Below are positions 28,566-38,610 of a stretch of DNA of 64,000 nt, one piece after another. Numbering within the stretch: the stretch's first letter is position 1; the number at the start of each line of letters is the position of its first letter. The stretch comes from Armatimonadota bacterium (GTDB lineage: Bacteria > Armatimonadota > HRBIN16). Below the pieces are notes generated by a model. It was not told the DNA's origin. It searched no databases and was given only the letters and a program-made list of their open reading frames with translations. The stretch spans positions 3,392,001 to 3,456,000 of the forward strand of contig OY781964.1 in assembly GCA_963677485.1 (NCBI GenBank). The letters are read 5' to 3'. A program made the translations under genes and the position numbers.

Positions 28566-29849
28566 ATGAGGAGCATCAACACCGCAGAAGCGACACCACA
28601 AGCTGTCAGGGCTTTTCTGGCAAGGCCACTCGCCCAACATCATCCGGAAGTTGAACAGCGTGTGAAGGAGATTCTGCAGCTCGTTCAGGATCGGGGTGAT
28701 GCGGCTCTTAAAGAGCTGACCGCCAAGTTCGACGGAGCGGTGCTCGATGACCTTCGCGTAAGTGAACAAGAGTTCGATGACGCGATCGCCTCGCTGCCCG
28801 AAGAGGCGTTGGCTGCGATCCGCGTGGCCGCACAGCGTATCCGCAGCTTCCATATGAAACACCGCCGCGAGACCTGGATCGACTTCCAGCCAGGCGAGGC
28901 GATGGGGCAGATGATCATCCCGCTACGCAGTGCCGGTTTATATGTGCCGGGCGGTTTAGCCGCGTATCCCAGCAGTGTTCTGATGTGCGCCATACCAGCC
29001 AAAGTCGCTGGCGTGAAGCGCCTGGTGATGTGCAGCCCATGCGGGCCGGACGGCAAGCTGCCGGCTCTGGTGCTGGCGGCTGCGCGCGAGGCGGGCATTG
29101 ATACCATCTACAAGATCGGTGGAGCACAAGCCATCGCCGCCATGGCCTACGGCACAGAGACCATCATGGCTGTCGATAAAATCGCTGGCCCGGGTAACCT
29201 CTATGTCACCTATGCCAAGAAGCTGCTGTATGGTGTGGTCGGCATCGACATGCTGGCAGGTCCCAGCGAAGTGGGTATCGTGGCTGATGATACGGCCAAC
29301 CCGAAGTTCGTGGCTCTGGACTTGCTGTCTCAGGCGGAGCACGACTCGCACACCGCAGCCTTCCTGATCACCCCCAGCCAGAAAATGGCGGATGCCGTTG
29401 TGGCCGCGATCGCCGAGATTGCTCCGACGCTGCCACGCCATGAGATACTGGCACAGACACTGGCTGAGAACGGCGGTGTGGTGGTGACCCGGGACATGGC
29501 TGAGGCGGTAGAATACGCGAATGAGTGCGCGCCGGAGCACCTGGCGCTGATGGTTGCCGACCCATGGTCGCTGCTCCCGCAGATCACCTGCGCTGGGGCG
29601 GTGCTGCTGGGACATTACGCGCCGCAATCACTGGGTGACTATGTGGCGGGCCCGAGCCACACGCTGCCAACGGCTGGCACCGCACGGTTCAGCTCACCGC
29701 TAAATGTGGATGACTTCGTGAAAAAGACCAGTGTGATCAGCTTCACCAAAGAGGCGTTGCTGCCTTTGATTGGCACCATCGAAACACTGGCTGAGTTGGA
29801 GCACCTCGAAGCTCACAAAATCGCCGCATCGATCAGACGAGAGGAATAG
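28566..29849 (+). CDS. hisD: Histidinol dehydrogenase
   Basis: GLYVPGG..AYPSSVLM, GPGNLYV, IDMLAGPSE, LLSQAEH, APEHL, GDYVAGPSHTLPT. Confidence 0.97.
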   Translation: MRSINTAEATPQAVRAFLARPLAQHHPEVEQRVKEILQLVQDRGDAALKELTAKFDGAVLDDLRVSEQEFDDAIASLPEEALAAIRVAAQRIRSFHMKHRRETWIDFQPGEAMGQMIIPLRSAGLYVPGGLAAYPSSVLMCAIPAKVAGVKRLVMCSPCGPDGKLPALVLAAAREAGIDTIYKIGGAQAIAAMAYGTETIMAVDKIAGPGNLYVTYAKKLLYGVVGIDMLAGPSEVGIVADDTANPKFVALDLLSQAEHDSHTAAFLITPSQKMADAVVAAIAEIAPTLPRHEILAQTLAENGGVVVTRDMAEAVEYANECAPEHLALMVADPWSLLPQITCAGAVLLGHYAPQSLGDYVAGPSHTLPTAGTARFSSPLNVDDFVKKTSVISFTKEALLPLIGTIETLAELEHLEAHKIAASIRREE

Positions 29850-29852
29850 GCT

Positions 29853-30443
29853 ATGAACAACCGAACCGCATGTGTTGAGCGCAAGACTACCGAGACGGAG
29901 ATCAGCATTGAGTTGAATCTCGATGGCACCGGCCTTTCGACGATTGAGACCGGCGTAGGCTTTTTCGACCACATGCTGACTCATGTAGCACGGCATGGCC
30001 TGTTTGATCTACGCGTGAAGTGCGTGGGTGACCTTCAGATCGATGCGCACCACACCGTAGAGGATGTGGGCATCTGTCTAGGACAGGCGTTCGCGAAAGC
30101 GATTGGCGACAAGCGCGGGATCAATCGGTATGGCAGTGGTCTGGTTCCGATGGACGAAAGTCTGGTTCAGGTGGCCCTGGATATTTCCGGTCGACCCTTC
30201 CTGGCGAGTAATCTGATGCTGCCCCCAGCCATCATCGGCACGATGAGCGCGGAGCTGGTGGATGAGTTCCTGCGGGCGTTCAGTCTGCACGCTGGTTTGA
30301 CCCTGCACGTGAACAAGATGGCGGGAACCAACCTGCACCACATCGCGGAGGCGGCATTCAAAGCATTGGGACGCGCGCTGGCGGATGCCGTTCAGATGCG
30401 CGCCGGTGAAACGGGACTTCCGAGCACAAAAGGGGCGTTATAG
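29853..30443 (+). CDS. hisB: Imidazoleglycerol-phosphate dehydratase
   Basis: RKTTET, GFFDHML, DAHHTVEDVG, PMDE, NLHHIAEAAFKA. Confidence 0.97.
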   Translation: MNNRTACVERKTTETEISIELNLDGTGLSTIETGVGFFDHMLTHVARHGLFDLRVKCVGDLQIDAHHTVEDVGICLGQAFAKAIGDKRGINRYGSGLVPMDESLVQVALDISGRPFLASNLMLPPAIIGTMSAELVDEFLRAFSLHAGLTLHVNKMAGTNLHHIAEAAFKALGRALADAVQMRAGETGLPSTKGAL

Positions 30444-31076
30444 ATGATCGAGATCGTGGACTACGGCATGGGAAATCTGCGCAGCGTGGAGAAGGCGTTC
30501 CACAAAATCGGGGTAGATGCGGCCATCTGCAACGACCCCGAACGCATCCTTCATGCCGACCGCGTGGTGCTGCCCGGCGTAGGGGCATTCGGTGCTGCGA
30601 TTGATAATCTGCGGACCTCAGGTTTGCTGGATGCTGTCAGGCAGTTCATCGAGACTGGCAAGCCGTTCCTGGGGATATGCCTGGGATTGCAGCTGCTATT
30701 CGATGAGAGCGAAGAGAGCTTCAACGGGTTCACACCGGGTGGTCTTGGGGTGATCCCGGGCAACGTGATCAAGTTCCCTTCTGAGATGACGGGTCCGGAT
30801 GGCTTGCCTCTGAAGGTGCCTCAGATCGGCTGGAATGTGCTGAAACCCTGCGTAGAGGACGCGCTGTTTGCAGGTGTTCTCGAAGGATCGTATGTCTATT
30901 TCGTGCATAGCTATTACGGTGCTCCCAGTCAGCGAGAGAATGTTCTGGCCGAAAGTGAATATGGCATACCGTTCTGCTGTGCGGTGCGTAAGGGGAATGT
31001 GCGGGCGGTGCAGTTCCACCCCGAGAAGAGCAGTGCGGTGGGTATGACCATGCTGCGCAATTTTTCGCAGCTCTAG
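30444..31076 (+). CDS. hisH: Imidazole glycerol phosphate synthase, glutamine amidotransferase subunit
   Basis: DYGMGNLRSV, LPGVGAF, GICLGLQ, YFVHSY, QFHPEKS. Confidence 0.97.
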   Translation: MIEIVDYGMGNLRSVEKAFHKIGVDAAICNDPERILHADRVVLPGVGAFGAAIDNLRTSGLLDAVRQFIETGKPFLGICLGLQLLFDESEESFNGFTPGGLGVIPGNVIKFPSEMTGPDGLPLKVPQIGWNVLKPCVEDALFAGVLEGSYVYFVHSYYGAPSQRENVLAESEYGIPFCCAVRKGNVRAVQFHPEKSSAVGMTMLRNFSQL

Positions 31077-31091
31077 CGGCATTGTGGGTTT

Positions 31092-31180
31092 AGTCGTAGA
31101 GGCGTCCCTTGTGGGCGCCCTAAACTAGAACTGTCGATTGAACAACGATTAGGGCGCCCACAAGGGACGCCCCTACGACT
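31092..31180. repeat. REP doublet (REPIN-like) 1
   Basis: 32-bp arms agtcgtagaggcgtcccttgtgggcgccctaa (31092-31123) and 31149-31180 in inverted orientation, 1 mismatch. Each arm is GTAG plus an internal palindrome. Confidence 0.85.
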
Positions 31181-31263
31181 GTATCAGTTACAGCCGGGGC
31201 TGCCGTGCATGCACGGGCGGGTGCTTACCTGTGGCCTCGGGTTGAAAGCCCTGCGTTGTTCAT

Positions 31264-31382
31264 TCGTAGGGATGGCCCTTGTGGCCATCCGCAAATAGCG
31301 ACGGTATAAAGATTTGGTCGCAGGCGGTAACAGACCGGTGGACATTAATGTGAGCGGATGACCACAAGGGTCATCCCTACGA
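31264..31382. repeat. REP doublet (REPIN-like) 2
   Basis: 29-bp arms tcgtagggatggcccttgtggccatccgc (31264-31292) and gcggatgaccacaagggtcatccctacga (31354-31382), 2 mismatches. Confidence 0.85.
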
Positions 31383-31475
31383 CATGCGTTTGCAGGCTTA
31401 ACATCCGAACCGCCCATATTGCACGATGTGCTAACACATAACGGAAATCACAACACATACACAGGATACAAACAC

Positions 31476-32204
31476 ATGAGCATATTCAATATATACCCCG
31501 CGATTGACTTAAGAAACGGCAAATGCGTTCGACTTCTTCAAGGTGACTTCGAACAGGAGACGGTGTTCGGCGAGGATCCGGTAGAGATGGCACTGCAGTG
31601 GCAAAGCCAGGGAGCCAAGTGGCTTCACATGGTAGACCTGGATGGAGCCAAAAGCGGTGAGCCGAAACAGCTGGAGATCATCAAACGGGTGAGCCAGGCC
31701 ATCAGCATACCCATCCAGTTGGGCGGAGGGATCCGCAGCCTTGAATCCGCAGGAGCAGCTCTAGCGGCTGGTGCCAGCCGTATTGTGATAGGCAGTGCTG
31801 CTGTGCGCGATCCAGCGTTCGCGGGCAAGGCATTCGCCGAGTTCGGCGAGCAAGTTGCCTTGGGTGTCGATGGACGGCATCGTATGGTGGCGATTGATGG
31901 TTGGCAGAGTCAGACCGAAATCCCCGCCATTGAGCTGATTCAACAGATGGCTGCAATAGGCGCGAAGCGCGTGATCTACACAGAGATCAGCCGTGACGGC
32001 ATGTTGAACGGCTTTGATGAAGAACTTTATACCTGGCTGTGTGCGGCTTCACCTATCCCCATCATCACCTCCGGTGGTTTTGCCACACTCGAAGATGTGG
32101 CGATTTCTATTCGCAGCGGTGCTGAAGGTGCGATCGTAGGGAAGGCGCTCTATACCGGGGCGGTGAAGTTAGCGGACGTGTTGAAGTTGGTGGAAGGCGT
32201 ATAA
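31476..32204 (+). CDS. hisA: ProFAR isomerase
   Basis: YPAIDLRNGKCVRLLQG, HMVDLDGA, QLGGGIRS, TEISRDGMLNG, GKALY. Start moved to ATG 31476 after AGGA. Confidence 0.96.
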   Translation: MSIFNIYPAIDLRNGKCVRLLQGDFEQETVFGEDPVEMALQWQSQGAKWLHMVDLDGAKSGEPKQLEIIKRVSQAISIPIQLGGGIRSLESAGAALAAGASRIVIGSAAVRDPAFAGKAFAEFGEQVALGVDGRHRMVAIDGWQSQTEIPAIELIQQMAAIGAKRVIYTEISRDGMLNGFDEELYTWLCAASPIPIITSGGFATLEDVAISIRSGAEGAIVGKALYTGAVKLADVLKLVEGV

Positions 32205-32409
32205 GCCTTCCGTCTGTCTTCTTCCAAGCGGCTATAACACTAGTCCTCCTGCATCGTCTGTCAAGTAGTGTCGGTAGATGAGCGACCACTGAAAACCCAT
32301 GAGATGGGATTCATCTGTCGTTTATCGTTGGTGTCTCAACTCGTTTTTATGAGAATTTGAGATTTTGCCCAGATTATCTCAGAAATGAGCCATTTTGTTG
32401 CAAAAACTG

Positions 32410-32438
32410 TTGACTTCGCTAAATATGGGTGGTACGCT
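32410..32438 (+). promoter_or_regulatory. Sigma70-type promoter for the PEP-CTERM gene
   Basis: TTGACT-N17-TACGCT with a TG extended -10. Confidence 0.55.
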
Positions 32439-32557
32439 TAATGTGGTGCTGATGTAGCGGATGGTTCCCATTACAGCAGTGCTCGACGCCTGTCATTCCT
32501 GTGCACGTTTGGAATGATGAGGCTGACTTGCAAGTCAGGCTTTGGAGGTACGAGTGC

Positions 32558-33334
32558 ATGACCAAACGGAAGAAGATTGTTGCGGCGATCGCTGTAGCTT
32601 TCTGCACCTTATCCGCGTCGGTCGCATTTGCAGCTAGTTCAGGGGCAGTAAACAGTAACACGGTATCTAATACCGCAGTAACTGGTTCTTCTCTCGATCA
32701 AGCTGCGATTGACGCCCTTCGAAGCGAGGTAGATCCGTCCGTATTCTTAGCATCTGGTACATTGGATGATATCAGTGAATCTTACGCCGTCAGTAATTTG
32801 GTTTCTATAGATATGCTTAGTCAGATATCTATCGATCAAGTAATGGCGTTAAGCCAGGCGCTAAGTAATAAGGCGAATTCTCAAGAAGGAGGACTGCTTG
32901 GAATTCTCCAACCAGTTCAGCCGACAACCGTAGATGACCAATCACCTGTCTCAATTTCGATTGATTTCGGTGATGAATTATCGACAGGTTCCTCGCTTCG
33001 TGTAGTCAGAGGAGCAGTAGTTTATATGCCTGTTCCTAACAAAAACCTTGGTAGCTACAAGTTGGTGCCTGTAACCACAGTCTCTCCTTTCCCAGGATCA
33101 GTGCTGAAAAGCGCAGAGACCCTGACGGCTGGACTAGTGAAACAAGCATCTGCCCAATCGGGTAATGTGGCTGTGAGTATCGATACACCAGTACTCTCGC
33201 AAATTGGTGTGGGTGTCTCACGTGTCACATCTAGTAGTAGTTCACAACCCAATCCGGTTCCAGAACCTTTCACCATGGCATTGCCATTGGCTGGAATGGC
33301 CATTCTGCGAACCCTTCGCAAACGCAACAAATAA
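32558..33334 (+). CDS. PEP-CTERM-sorted surface protein, Ser/Val-rich
   Basis: Signal peptide (..AFA), low-complexity body, C-terminal VPEP + hydrophobic helix + RTLRKRNK. GGAGG RBS before ATG 32558. Confidence 0.85.
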   Translation: MTKRKKIVAAIAVAFCTLSASVAFAASSGAVNSNTVSNTAVTGSSLDQAAIDALRSEVDPSVFLASGTLDDISESYAVSNLVSIDMLSQISIDQVMALSQALSNKANSQEGGLLGILQPVQPTTVDDQSPVSISIDFGDELSTGSSLRVVRGAVVYMPVPNKNLGSYKLVPVTTVSPFPGSVLKSAETLTAGLVKQASAQSGNVAVSIDTPVLSQIGVGVSRVTSSSSSQPNPVPEPFTMALPLAGMAILRTLRKRNK

Positions 33335-33355
33335 ACTAACCGAAGCTTACACGAA

Positions 33356-33396
33356 AAAATCAGGGCTGGCTCACCACCAGCCCTGATTTTGTTTTC
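33356..33396. terminator. Bidirectional intrinsic terminator
   Basis: aaaatcagggctgg / ccagccctgatttt stem flanked by A and T tracts, between convergent genes. Confidence 0.85.
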
Positions 33397-33412
33397 TTGT
33401 GCGGGTTGGCTT

Positions 33413-34084
33413 CTACCGAAGGTTACACGGCCTCGGCAGTGTGTCTGTGTCCCACTCGGCGAATGTGCGGATGTAGTCAGAGGCTGTGTCAGAGATATCC
33501 TGCTCATCTGACGCCGCTGAGGCGTCATAGACTCCAATTGTCGTAAACCCAGCGTTGACGGCAGTGCGGATGGCGTGGAGCGCATCTTCAAACACCAGAC
33601 ACTCCTGCTTCGCCACCCCCAGCCTTCGAAGCGCCTCCTCATAGATATGTGGCTCATTCTTGCCGTGACCAACCTCAATGCATGTCACGATGTCGTCGAT
33701 GTATTGGAACACATCGAGCCGGCGCAGCGCGGCCTCTACCACCCTGCGGTGTGAGGCAGTGGCGACGCAAAACCTCATACCAGCTTTATGCATGCGTTCC
33801 AGAAATGGCTTGACATCGGACTTCAGGGGCACTTCGTGGCAGAACTGCTGCTCCACCATAGCCATGATCTGCTCAATGATCTCGGTGTTGGTGTAGGGCA
33901 AACTGTAGGTGGTGCGGAAATACTCTGACGACTGTCCCAGGCTGAACTCTTTCAATGTATCCCGCAGATCAGGCGGTGGTGTGATACCTTGTCCGCGCAG
34001 GTAGTTTTCGCCCACATACTTCCACACGGGCATTGAATCCAAAAGTGTTCCGTCGAAGTCCAGAATGGCTGCTTTATATCGCAT
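33413..34084 (-). CDS. HAD-family phosphatase (beta-PGM/CbbY-like)
   Basis: ILDFDGTLLDSM, ATAS, GKNEPHIY, VFEDA motifs. Confidence 0.88.
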   Translation of the reverse strand: MRYKAAILDFDGTLLDSMPVWKYVGENYLRGQGITPPPDLRDTLKEFSLGQSSEYFRTTYSLPYTNTEIIEQIMAMVEQQFCHEVPLKSDVKPFLERMHKAGMRFCVATASHRRVVEAALRRLDVFQYIDDIVTCIEVGHGKNEPHIYEEALRRLGVAKQECLVFEDALHAIRTAVNAGFTTIGVYDASAASDEQDISDTASDYIRTFAEWDTDTLPRPCNLR

Positions 34085-36289
34085 CAGCGTTCTTACCGCC
34101 CCAGTATCTTGGATTGTGGTTGAGCATAAATGCACAACCGAGTGTCATTTTACCCTCCTAATAGTGCTGGTGCATCGTGATGGTAACTCTCAACATGCTT
34201 ATCTAGTCATTTCATATAGTCCCTGACAGCTATATGGAATAGTTGCATAGGTGAGATTTATACTACAAAAGTCGGGAGATTTTAATGGATTGCTCGAACA
34301 AGAATTGGTGTGGTCATTCCATACCGCTCATCTTTGCCACTGCATTAGCAGTCATGTTTCTCGCCATGCCGATCACTGGACACAGTGAAGAATCGGCCGA
34401 TTTCTATGTGTCACCAGTTGGCCGTGACACATGGTCTGGTCGGCTCGCTGCCCCAAACTCCTCGCGAACTGATGGCCCATTCGCAAGTATCCGTAAAGCA
34501 CGCGATGTCATCCGCAAGTATGGTGCGGGAAAAGCACGAAGGGACCATTCCTGGACGGTATACCTGCGCGGAGGCAGCTACGCACCGAATGAGGTGACTA
34601 TATTCACGCCAGCGGATTCCGGACGCAAGGCACAACCGGTGATATTCAAAGCTTATCCTGGAGAACAACCGGTGATTACTGGGGGCAGAGTGATCAGTGG
34701 TTGGAAGAAGTCAACTCAACCCCTTCCGGGACTGACGAATGAAGCGAAAGACAAATTATGGGTGGCGGAAATACCAAAGGGCTGGTTGTTTCACAGTATG
34801 TTTGTTGACGATGTAAAGCAGCCTCGTGCGGCAACTCCGAATACCGAAGACTGGCGAAAGTGGCCATATATCCGGGGAGCTGGAGAACGCGCTCCAGGTG
34901 GACAGCCTCTACAGTTTAAGGGCGGCGAACTAGACAATGTGCCAGGTAATGGCGATGTTGAGATGTGTTTCTTGCCTCACTGGCGGTATATGAACGAGAT
35001 GTTTGTGTTGCGTGATGTCGATCCGGTAAAACGGACGGCGAAAAGGCATAGCAAGAACATCACATACCCAGGAAGAAGGGGCGATCCATATAGGATCGAG
35101 AATGCACTGGTGGCTCTCGATATGCCCGGTGAGTGGTGTGTCGATTCGACTCTGGGGAGGGTCTACTATTGGCCGCTTAACGGCAGTATGGATGGGTTGA
35201 AGGTGGTTGCACCAAAGCTGAATAACCTGATCCGATTTCAAGGTAAAGAAGAGAATGGTCCCTGGGTACATGACATCATCCTCAGTGGGATCACTTTCAT
35301 GCACACAGACAGGCTGCCGGAAGACAAGTGGCCTGACTCGTGGCTGAAGCGCAATTTCGAGAATCCTGACGCCGCGCTGTTTATGCAGGGCGTTGATAGC
35401 TGCACCGTTGAGCGCTACCGGTTCCTGCATATGGGAACATATGCGGTGGCTCTAGATCACTACGCTCAAAGAAACCGCATCACCGGCAATGAAATTGGGT
35501 ATACGGGCTCCGGAGGGATTCAACTCTACGGGTATGGTTCCGGCACCACAGACGTCAACAAATTCAACGAGGTATCACTTAATCATATCCATCACTCTGG
35601 GCTAGTATACTGGCATGCAGCAGCGATCACTTTGTCTGGCAGCAACAGCAACAAGATCGAGTTGTGTATCGCACCCGGTTACACAGACACGGGTTAGTGT
35701 TAAGCCGCAGTTGTAATGGAGTGCTCTTCTACAAAGCACTGGCGGGTTTCAAGCGGCGTTTTGAATCCCATCTTCTCCAATCGCCACGAACGATTGTACT
35801 CCTGTTTGAATTGTAGCACTGCTTCCCTCACTTCGTCGACATTCTGAAATACATGTGCGTAAATGACCTGTTCCTTTAGTGTCCGGTTGAATCGCTCAAC
35901 CACACCATTTGTCTGGGGCTGTTGCACATAGCTGAAGCTGGGTGTGATCCCCAGCCGCTTGATTTCATACTGGAAGTGATCGGAGCAATTTGCGGATCCG
36001 TTGTCGAGTCTCAGAGTAAGCCCGTTGGCGACAGCACGCTCTACGCTGCCATATATAGCCTGAACCCCTTCAAGCACAGGTTGAACGGCGTTGAACCGGG
36101 TACCGAGTTTGCAGACATATATGCCTACGCACTCACCGTTCCAGTGTTCTACCGCACTGAATATCCAGATATTTCCATCATCAACCGTGTCAATAGTCAC
36201 CTTATTACTACCACCCATGTTCGGCATATGTATACCACTTGACTAGTTCGTGTTCATTGCCCAATGTAAGTGTTGGATGCGTCGGTATC

Positions 36290-37057
36290 TCACTCTACGG
36301 ATGCATTATCCGGCTTGCTTACCTCCCCTCTGCGCTGCCTTTGGCGATAGCTCTCACCGGTGACAACAGTCACCCGGGCATGGTGAGTCAATCTGTCCAT
36401 AGCAGCTGAAGCGAGAAGAGAGTCGCCAAACATCTCCGGCCATTCGGAGGGAGCCCGATTAGATGTCAATACAATACTGCCCTTCTCGTATCTCTGGTGG
36501 ATGATCTCGTAGAGGTCTTCCGCTCCCTGAATTGTGATGGGGCGAAGACCAAAGTCGTCGAGTATCAGGAGGTCAACGTTGACCAATTTCTTAATCAACC
36601 GCGTATAAGCATCGTCTGCCCTGGCCGCAAACATCTCCTGTTGCAACTTGTGGACAGAACTGTTATAAACACTGTAGCTTCGCTTAATGGCCTCATAACC
36701 TATGGCGGTGGCTAGATGTGTCTTGCCCACACCAGTGGGACCACACACCAGCCAGTTGGCATGTTGAGCGATAAACTGGCAGGTCGCCATCTCCCTTACC
36801 AGCGAACGATCAAGGGTAGGTACAGCGTTGAAGTCGAAGTGGGACAGCAGTTTCGTGTTCTCGAAACAGGCCGCCTTCTCCATCTTTACCTGTTTAGTTT
36901 GGCTGCGTCGCTCAAGCTCATCATCTACTAATAACGCAAGGAACTCCGTTGGTGAGAGCTTTTGCTCACGGGCTAGCTCCGCTCTCTCTTCGAGGCTATC
37001 AACCATGCCAGACCATCTGAGTTGCCTGAGCTTGGGTAGCAGTGTGTGAGTTAACAC
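36290..37057 (-). CDS. istB: IS21 helper AAA+ ATPase
   Basis: GPTGVGKTHLA (Walker A), LLILDDFG (Walker B), LTSNR, AAMDRLTHHA, GESYR. Confidence 0.95.
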   Translation of the reverse strand: MLTHTLLPKLRQLRWSGMVDSLEERAELAREQKLSPTEFLALLVDDELERRSQTKQVKMEKAACFENTKLLSHFDFNAVPTLDRSLVREMATCQFIAQHANWLVCGPTGVGKTHLATAIGYEAIKRSYSVYNSSVHKLQQEMFAARADDAYTRLIKKLVNVDLLILDDFGLRPITIQGAEDLYEIIHQRYEKGSIVLTSNRAPSEWPEMFGDSLLASAAMDRLTHHARVTVVTGESYRQRQRRGEVSKPDNASVE

Positions 37058-38610
37058 GCTTCTACCTCCATATTGGTGTCAGCATTACTGACCAAAATGA
37101 ATTCGTCGGCACTACGAGCGAAGAGGTAGTCTTTTTTAGGGGGAAGAGAAGATGTTATTCCCATTGGCTCGTGATCTGTACCGGCCCTCAGTATCTTAGC
37201 AATGCGTTGGTAACTACCATCTTGGTAATAGAGAGAGCGTGCGCAGGCCGCTTCCAGGCGACTACTGCTGTACGTTTGAACTAGCCGGACGATCCTCTTC
37301 ACGGATTGTCTTCGGTCTACAGGCCTGTCAGCCAGCAAAGCATTAAGCACCGTAACACAACTGGGGCCGATGTCATGCCCTAATTCCAGGCAATTCTCGA
37401 TTGAAAGAACCATATAGGCCACTTTATGTGTTGGGTAATCAGTCATGCGGGTAATGCGCTGCCCTTGTTGTGTCGCTCTTTGATGTGTTCCAACTAGTTT
37501 ATGGTCGTTATCATATATCTGCACCACTCGTTCGTGCAGATGCACGTCCATTTGGCTGCCTATGTAGCTGTAGGGCACGGAATAGTAAGAACCATACACT
37601 GTAACATGACAGTCCCGATGGACTTTCGCACTACGAACTTCAATGAGATCAAATTCCGTGTCTGGTAATGACTTAAGCGTGCTCTTCTCTACCTGATTGA
37701 ACTGCGCCAATGGCTGTTTATGTGTGGTTCCATGGTTACGCAGACCTGCCTCTTGGGTGATCCAGGTCTTCACAAGCAGGTTCGCTTCGTCGATATCCAT
37801 GAACTCCCGGCCTGCAATGAAGTTTCGCTGCACGTAATGAACCCCGTTTTCCACTTTTCCTTTATGCTCCGGGGTTCTCACTCTACACGGATGAATGAGG
37901 AAGTCGTAGTGCAAGGCCAGTTGCCGATACGGCTCCGAGATGACAGGGTCGTATATATCTGCTTTGAGAACCGCTGACTTTAGATTGTCTATCACAAGTT
38001 CCTCTGGAACGCCTCCGAAGAATTCAAAGGCGTTGATATGGCAGTTCACCCATGTGGGTATCCTTTGATTGAATACAAACTCCACATATTGATGTCGAGA
38101 GTGTGATAGCGTCATCAAGAAGGCATACGTTGAACGCATCTTGCCTGTTGCGGGGTCCTTCATTTGCCCCACAAATCCGAAGTCAACCTGGGCCTGTTTT
38201 CCTGGGTCTGTCTCTAGACGTATAATGGCCAACTGCTCTTTGGGGGTCAGTCCGTTAATGAAGCGAATAACCGAAGAGTAGCTACCGGTAAACCCGTATA
38301 GTCGTTTGAGGTTGTTGTGGATGGTCACTGCCTCTATGTGAGTCTGGAGATAGGTCTCGATGATTTCGCGGTATGGTTCAGCACTAGACACATTACTGCG
38401 TCGTTTGCGCTGCGGTAAGGTGTCACGAAATGCCTCCATACTCGGCATATCTGAATCTGGAGCCAGGTATCCAAGTCGAGAAGCCCACTGTGCGTATTGG
38501 CTGACGGTGTTACGAGCGCAGCCCGTGTCACGAGAAATCGCTCGTTGGGACTGCCCACGCCGCAGTCGGAATATGATCTCTTCTATGATCTGCATTCTTA
38601 GCCTTTCCAT
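37051..38610 (-). CDS. istA: IS21 DDE transposase
   Basis: N-terminal HTH, PGKQAQVDFG, FFGGVP...DNLKS, KGKVENGV, YYSVP. Confidence 0.95.
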   Translation of the reverse strand: MERLRMQIIEEIIFRLRRGQSQRAISRDTGCARNTVSQYAQWASRLGYLAPDSDMPSMEAFRDTLPQRKRRSNVSSAEPYREIIETYLQTHIEAVTIHNNLKRLYGFTGSYSSVIRFINGLTPKEQLAIIRLETDPGKQAQVDFGFVGQMKDPATGKMRSTYAFLMTLSHSRHQYVEFVFNQRIPTWVNCHINAFEFFGGVPEELVIDNLKSAVLKADIYDPVISEPYRQLALHYDFLIHPCRVRTPEHKGKVENGVHYVQRNFIAGREFMDIDEANLLVKTWITQEAGLRNHGTTHKQPLAQFNQVEKSTLKSLPDTEFDLIEVRSAKVHRDCHVTVYGSYYSVPYSYIGSQMDVHLHERVVQIYDNDHKLVGTHQRATQQGQRITRMTDYPTHKVAYMVLSIENCLELGHDIGPSCVTVLNALLADRPVDRRQSVKRIVRLVQTYSSSRLEAACARSLYYQDGSYQRIAKILRAGTDHEPMGITSSLPPKKDYLFARSADEFILVSNADTNMEVEAC

